NCBI GenBank assembly: GCA_964016885.1
Contig: OZ024756.1
Span: 13,454,001-13,518,000, forward strand
Direction of reading: 5' to 3'
Length of the DNA stretch: 64,000 nucleotides
Source: Eledone cirrhosa
Lineage: Eukaryota
In this document: positions 56,934 through 64,000 of the stretch, piece by piece
Layout: every line of letters begins with the position of its first letter
Numbering within the stretch: the first letter of the stretch is position 1
The notes under the pieces: generated by a model
What the model was told of the DNA's origin: nothing
The model's database searches: none
Seen by the model: only the letters and a program-made list of their open reading frames with translations
Translations under genes and position numbers: made by a program

Positions 56934-57088
56934 CAATATAGACAGTTTTATAGATAAATAGATTTGACATACCGTTCAACATCGACTTGTATTTGAAAAG
57001 TTGATTTGGCAGCCAAATCAACTTTTCAAATACAAGTCGATGTTGAACGGTATGTCAAATCTATTTATCTATAAAACTGTCTATATTG

Positions 57089-57154
57089 TATTTTGTCTGA
57101 GGAAGGCATAGCATATTGTTAATATGATATCCCTGAAATATATATAATGAAATA
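57089..57154 (+). ncRNA. Type I hammerhead motif, right arm of palindrome
   Basis: Exact reverse-complement twin of 56868-56933. Confidence 0.8.
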
Positions 57155-57447
57155 GATATGGTTTTATAAATATAGTTTCCATTTATTTAATATCGTAAAT
57201 ATACTCCAAATACTTGTCGAGTGCTTTTATATCAGTTATAAATATTTACTAGTTGTAACCCAACAATTTAAATATTTATATATATATATATATTTATATA
57301 TATATTATATATATATATTTATATATATATATATATATATATATTGGTAAACGGAATAGAAAATGCTGACAATTGTGAACAATTTGTCAGCATTTTCTAT
57401 TCCGTTTACCAATATATAATAACTTGTGTGTTACACCTCTATTCTTT

Positions 57448-57487
<40 letters not shown>

Positions 57488-57530
57488 TATATAATTATAA
57501 TGATATTTAATAAAAACACCATGTTATTTA

Positions 57531-57591
57531 TTCATTCTGACGACTGAAGACAGACACTTCATCTGCCTTCAAGAAACCACTGGTAAATGAA
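57531..57591 (+). ncRNA. Type I hammerhead motif
   Basis: UUCAUU-CUGACGA-c UGAAG acaga...ucug c CUUCA a-GAAA-CCAcUGG-UA-AAUGAA; 6-bp stem I, GUA site. Confidence 0.72.
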
Positions 57592-57617
57592 ATAATTATC
57601 TTATGTTGTTTATTACA

Positions 57618-57654
<37 letters not shown>

Positions 57655-57867
57655 GTTATTCCGGGTTGAATCGGAGGTAACCACAGTAAGTAAGGTACTC
57701 AATACATAGCAGAGTATAAAAGTTTTAATATAGATGAGATTCTACAGGACTAGAACTGCTTCATTCTTTATATATATACCACTACAGGAATTGAATAATC
57801 AAATCTGTAGCGGTATGTCGTATATCCAAACTGAGAATATTTTTCATTCATTAATATTATGAATAAT

Positions 57868-57942
<75 letters not shown>

Positions 57943-58961
57943 GAAAAATTTGAACAGGGACAGAACAGAGAGGCAGTACAATAAATGTTTATTAAATTCA
58001 TGCTCAGGAGAGTGTGTGTGTGTGTGTGTGTATATATACGTAACGAAGGAAGAATGGTAAGGAACCAGGTGGACCATAACGCACCAGAGTACTCGATACT
58101 TTGGGTAGTAGAGTGGGTAATAGGAAAAGTGTCAAGACCCCAACGACAGAGCTCAAGCCGTTTCGACGGCTATTTCTGGACTCGTGTTTGAGTCCAGAAA
58201 TAGCCATCGAAACGGCTTGAGCTCTGTCGTTGGGGTCTTGACTATTTTCATATATATATATAGAGAGAGAGAGGGGGAGAGAGAGAGAGAGGCAGTGTGA
58301 GAGAGAATGGAAGGATGGGATAGAATGAGTAAGAACAATGTTATGTAGTGGAAAAAGACATCACATCATCTTAATAACAATCATGAGTTGATTGAAAGTT
58401 GTAAACTCCAGACAGAGGACGAAGAGAATAACACAATACCAGATGAAGCCTCCAGATGAAACATTCACAATATGTTATGGAGAAAGTGGGTAGCTAATAT
58501 TAGGCAAACTATAGATGAAACACTACAGAATGTAATGGAGAAGTGGGGGTAATTAATAGAAGGGAATCTCCAGATGAAACTTTACAAGCTATAATAAAGA
58601 AGGGGGTAGCTAATAGAAGGAACCAACTTGAATGTCTTCAGGTATGGAAGTCTTCAGGCATGGAAGTGAAAGTAGAAGATGTATTAAAAGTTAATGGGAA
58701 AAGAGGAGAATTTAACTGAAAGACAGGAAGGAATGCAGTGGTAATGCTGGAAATAGGGATGATAAATAATGAAAATATAGGACAAAAACCCAGTTAAATG
58801 AAATGGTTCGAAACAGCTCAAAGATAGATCTTAAGTTCAAATTGTAAAAAGGGAAATATAGTGTTTCCATCACAGCAATACTATATTTGAACGTCACATG
58901 AGTGCCAAGACCTTATCTTTAAGTTAGCTTGGAAGATCTAGGTTTATATATATATATATAG

Positions 58962-59033
<72 letters not shown>

Positions 59034-59126
59034 TTCTTTATTAGCCACAGGGGCACAAAAGAAGGGGACAAATACAAAGGGGGAAGTTTACATACAATAA
59101 AAACGTGTAAAATGTTATCACAAATG

Positions 59127-59170
<44 letters not shown>

Positions 59171-59322
59171 TATTTCTTTATTTACCATAAAGGCATAAAA
59201 AGAAGGGACAAATACAAAGGGGAGTTTACATAAAATCGAGTAAAAAGGGTATAAAATGAAAATAATCGAAAACAACCTCAAAAGGGAGGGGACGTGATGG
59301 GGGTTGCACACACCCTATAGAG

Positions 59323-59387
<65 letters not shown>

Positions 59388-59585
59388 TATAGATAGAAAC
59401 ATATGATGATTTCATATGAATAAAACAGTTCTAGCCCTGTAAAAGTCATATATATATGATTTAAAGTCATATATATATGATTTAATATAGAAATGGCGTC
59501 TACAGGACTAGAACTGTTTCGTTCGAAAGAAATTACCATAGCTTTCCTGTAGAAGCCATTTCTATATTAAATTTTGAACCCGGAA

Positions 59586-59680
<95 letters not shown>

Positions 59681-59761
59681 CTCAATACATAGCATAGTAT
59701 AAATATTTAATATAGAAGTGGTTTCCACAGGACTAGAACTGTTTCATTGGAAGGAAATCAT

Positions 59762-59804
<43 letters not shown>

Positions 59805-59875
59805 ATACATATGTCTCAAGGCTCTGATACCATCAATACTATAAACACAGAGCTGGCATATCTAAGAACTGACTA

Positions 59876-59931
59876 ATTGCCTGATGAGGTCATAGCCATT
59901 CAATGGCTATCATCAAAATATATATAGCAGT
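59876..59931 (+). ncRNA. Hammerhead motif (GAAA mutated to AAAA), paralog of 51420
   Basis: auugc-CUGAUGA-ggucauagccau uca auggcuaucauc-aAAA-UAUAUA-UA-GCAGU. Confidence 0.7.
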
Positions 59932-59972
59932 AAATAAAGGATTATGAGTTCATGCAATTGACTTATGTTTCG

Positions 59973-60030
<58 letters not shown>

Positions 60031-60839
60031 AACCTTACAGTAAGGAAACCACAAACACGAAACTCAGGGTAAACTAGTACACGAATTAAAAGGACGTTTT
60101 GGAAATAGATTTAGAAAGTTCTTTGACGTCATATATATATGTTAAACGAAGAAATATTTAAATATAGATATATTTATAAATATACAAATATATATATGTA
60201 ATATATACATACTGATAACTAAATATTCACATTGTTTTTTAAATACAAAATTTAAATGTAAATTTAAACACTATATTAGGAAATATGTAAATTTTAAATA
60301 TACAAATATTCAAATTTTAAATATACAAATATTTAAATTTTAATAACATTTTAAAATACATAGATTTTATATAAAGACATATATGTTGATAAATAATCAA
60401 TTTTTTACGAAAACATATTCAAATATTTAAATTAAAAATATATGAAATATAGTCAAATGAAATTAAGAGGGATGTATGGAAAAAGAGTGAACTGGGATGA
60501 TATGAATATCAGAAAGAGCAGCCAAATCTACCCGAGTATGACATGAATGCTAAGCTTGGTTCGATCTGACAACTTAAGTATTGTATCAAAGATGTGGTAA
60601 ATACCAACCAACAAAGGAGTGTCTACGAGGCCTGAACGACCTGCTAGAAAGAGCAGCCAAACCTTCTTTGAATCATGTTCTGTTACCATTAAAAAATTAC
60701 TAGAAGGATTAAACATTAACACGCATTAGCTAATGTAATCTTAGTCCATAAAAAGATGGAATGGCAACGGGTGTAGCGTGTGTGGGATGCTTTTGATCAT
60801 AGGACTGCTCTATGAAAGCGAATCTGGAGCTTAACAATA

Positions 60840-61106
60840 GCTACTACCACCAACACTACCACTACCGCCACTACTACTACTACTACTTCTACTACTACTA
60901 CTAGTACTAGCACCATAACAACAATGAATACAACCACCAACACTACCACTACCACTACTACTAGTACTACTACTACTAGTACTAGCACCATAACAACAAT
61001 GAATACAACCACCAACACTACCACTACCACTACTACTAGTACTAGCACCATAACAACAATGAATACAACCACCACAACAACAACAACAACTGCTGCAGCT
61101 GCTGCC

Positions 61107-61138
<32 letters not shown>

Positions 61139-61194
61139 TACCACCACTACCACTACTACTACTACTACCACTACCACTACCACCACTACCACCA

Positions 61195-61228
<34 letters not shown>

Positions 61229-61245
61229 CACTACTACCACCACCA

Positions 61246-61322
<77 letters not shown>
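60840..61322. repeat. (ACT/ACC)n array with internal duplications ending in an (ACT)n/(AGT)n foldback
   Basis: Direct inspection. Confidence 0.85.
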
Positions 61323-61483
61323 TACTTGTGGACAGGACAAATATTTTAGCGGCGAGACTTGTAAGTTCGATCTGAGGTGGATCATTGATCAATGCTATAA
61401 ATATAGGTAGATTTGGTTAAGTTATATTGATGATGTTAATGTAAGGGGGGTATAGGGGTAGTTCCGTTGAAGAGAGAGAAAGT

Positions 61484-61534
<51 letters not shown>

Positions 61535-61554
61535 CGTGTGTATATATACATGTG

Positions 61555-61603
<49 letters not shown>

Positions 61604-61614
61604 GTAGGTGTATG

Positions 61615-61648
<34 letters not shown>

Positions 61649-61663
61649 CATACACCTACCTAC

Positions 61664-61807
<144 letters not shown>

Positions 61808-61845
61808 TATATATATATATATATATGTGTGTATATATACATGTG

Positions 61846-61886
<41 letters not shown>

Positions 61887-61899
61887 AGGTAGGTGTATG

Positions 61900-61955
<56 letters not shown>

Positions 61956-61967
61956 CATACACCTACC

Positions 61968-62030
<63 letters not shown>

Positions 62031-62048
62031 TTACATACACCTACCTAC

Positions 62049-62110
<62 letters not shown>

Positions 62111-62115
62111 CACAC

Positions 62116-62176
<61 letters not shown>

Positions 62177-62200
62177 TATATATATATATATGTTATTTAC

Positions 62201-62667
62201 CTTGTTTGCGTACAGCTTCATTTTAAACCTGTCAAAATAGTAATAATCGCCAACTTCTTCTTCGCTGAGGTCATTATATTTCGATATGGCATCGAAACCA
62301 AATGCTTCGAACTCTCCAGATGGTCGTAAAAGTAGACAGGTGGGGGTTTTGTGCAGCATAAAGCCCTGTGTTTGACCCCAGTTCTTGTTGGTAAAAATAG
62401 CCTCTTTTTCTGAACTTAAGGAGTAAGCATAACCGGAAAATGTGGTACCAAAATCTATGGCCGTTACCAGCGAAAATGTTTCGGCCGGCTCTTCGTCCAC
62501 GTTTAGCTCATCAATCTCAGCACATAGTTCGGAATTCATACCTGTAGAGTTGACCATTATAGCGCCAGATCCGGTACTGTTCACCATACCCGCCGTCGCC
62601 GTCGCCGCTGACTCAGACGCACTCATAACGTCGTTTGCTGCTGTGCAGACGTCGCCCGAAACGTCGC

Positions 62668-62704
<37 letters not shown>

Positions 62705-62853
62705 ATCCGGTATACCGTCACCGTTGAGTGAATAGAGAGTGGAGGTTAATGGCGGCACCTTGTCCAACTCCTCCGAGTCCGTGCGTATGTGCCGTGCCGC
62801 GGGAGTCGGCTTTGCATGTCCTGTGGTGTTGGTAGTAGTGGTGTTGTTGTTGT

Positions 62854-62884
<31 letters not shown>

Positions 62885-63004
62885 GCTGGTGGTGGTTGGA
62901 GAAGACGGCTGGATATTGTTTAGTGGTGGCGGAGGCGTAGGTGGCGGTGGAGGAGCGTACTCGGTGGGTGGAGCGTCGTCAAAGTCTGAAGCGGTGGTCG
63001 ACAT
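62201..63004 (-). CDS. HSPA12: HSPA12-like (heat shock 70 kDa protein 12) coding exon 1
   Basis: ATG at 63004. A low-complexity Pro/Thr/Asp N-terminus is followed by [24 protein letters not shown] and [10 protein letters not shown], motifs typical of HSPA12. The exon ends AAG|GTAAAT (donor at 62200), phase 0, 804 bp. Confidence 0.93.
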
Positions 63005-63032
63005 TGTACTTTCGTTATCGTAAGATATCTAT

Positions 63033-63069
<37 letters not shown>

Positions 63070-63072
63070 TAC

Positions 63073-63116
<44 letters not shown>

Positions 63117-63203
63117 ATGTTTATGTTTGTCTGTCTGCCTGTATATATATATATATATATGTATGTATACACGTGTGTGTGTGATTGTGTGTGTGTTTAT
63201 GTC

Positions 63204-63257
<54 letters not shown>

Positions 63258-63288
63258 CGTGTGTGTGTGTGTGTGTTTATGTCTGTGT

Positions 63289-63336
<48 letters not shown>

Positions 63337-63341
63337 TTGTC

Positions 63342-63390
<49 letters not shown>

Positions 63391-63468
63391 TTATGTGTGT
63401 CTATATATGTATATATATATATATATATTATATAAATATATGTGTGTGTGTGTGTTTATGTCTGTGTA

Positions 63469-63515
<47 letters not shown>

Positions 63516-63556
63516 ATGTGTTTGTGTGTGTTTATGTCTGTATATATGTGTCTGCG

Positions 63557-63587
<31 letters not shown>

Positions 63588-63597
63588 GTGTGAGTGT

Positions 63598-63640
<43 letters not shown>

Positions 63641-64000
63641 TGGATATATTTATTTATATATACACATATTGTATATCATCTACGCGAGAGTATACGCGTA
63701 GATATATATATGAGTGTGAGTGTGAGTGTGCGTGTGTAGTTATGAGTATGACTAAGTGTGAAATTGTGTCTATATATACATATGTATGTGTGTGTGTCTA
63801 TATATATACATATATGTGTATATCTGTATATTTGTGCGTATAATATTATATAGTCTTGGAATATATCCTGGCCGCTTCCTTTGTTTTTGGTTTCCTATCT
63901 TAAAATCCCGGTTCTTTTCGCGACAATTTCTGTAGTAAACATCGCATCCGGCATTGACACTGCTACTGCTGCTGCTGCTGCTGCTATTGCTGCTGCTAGT

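Noticed and set aside
58150-58230. GTCGAAACGGCT and GAAACAGTTCTAGTC motifs as HHR 3' halves
   Set aside because: The 5' core and stem I are missing or truncated in every copy in this window.
62048-62200. C-terminal YI-repeat extension of the exon 1 ORF
   Set aside because: Read-through past the GT donor into an intronic microsatellite.

Overview
AT-rich, microsatellite-saturated eukaryotic DNA; the repeat and SINE content suggests a cephalopod (octopus-like) genome, which is an inference. One host gene is supported: a 4-exon, minus-strand HSPA12-type (atypical Hsp70) gene of about 751 aa. Its first coding intron spans about 51 kb (11139-62200) and covers most of the window. That intron holds a full-length, two-ORF-intact L1/Tx1-clade LINE flanked on both sides by (AAT)n, several Penelope-like (GIY-YIG) retroelement remnants, tRNA-derived SINEs, MITE/foldback elements and large satellites, one with a ~2.3 kb higher-order repeat. 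The most striking unannotated signal is at least 15 type-I hammerhead ribozyme motifs (CUGANGA...GAAA core, often a palindromic stem III, compensatory stem changes) from several unrelated small repeat families embedded in (TA)n tracts. Many of these are in the sense of the host pre-mRNA. Nearly all other ORFs in the track are microsatellite artefacts.
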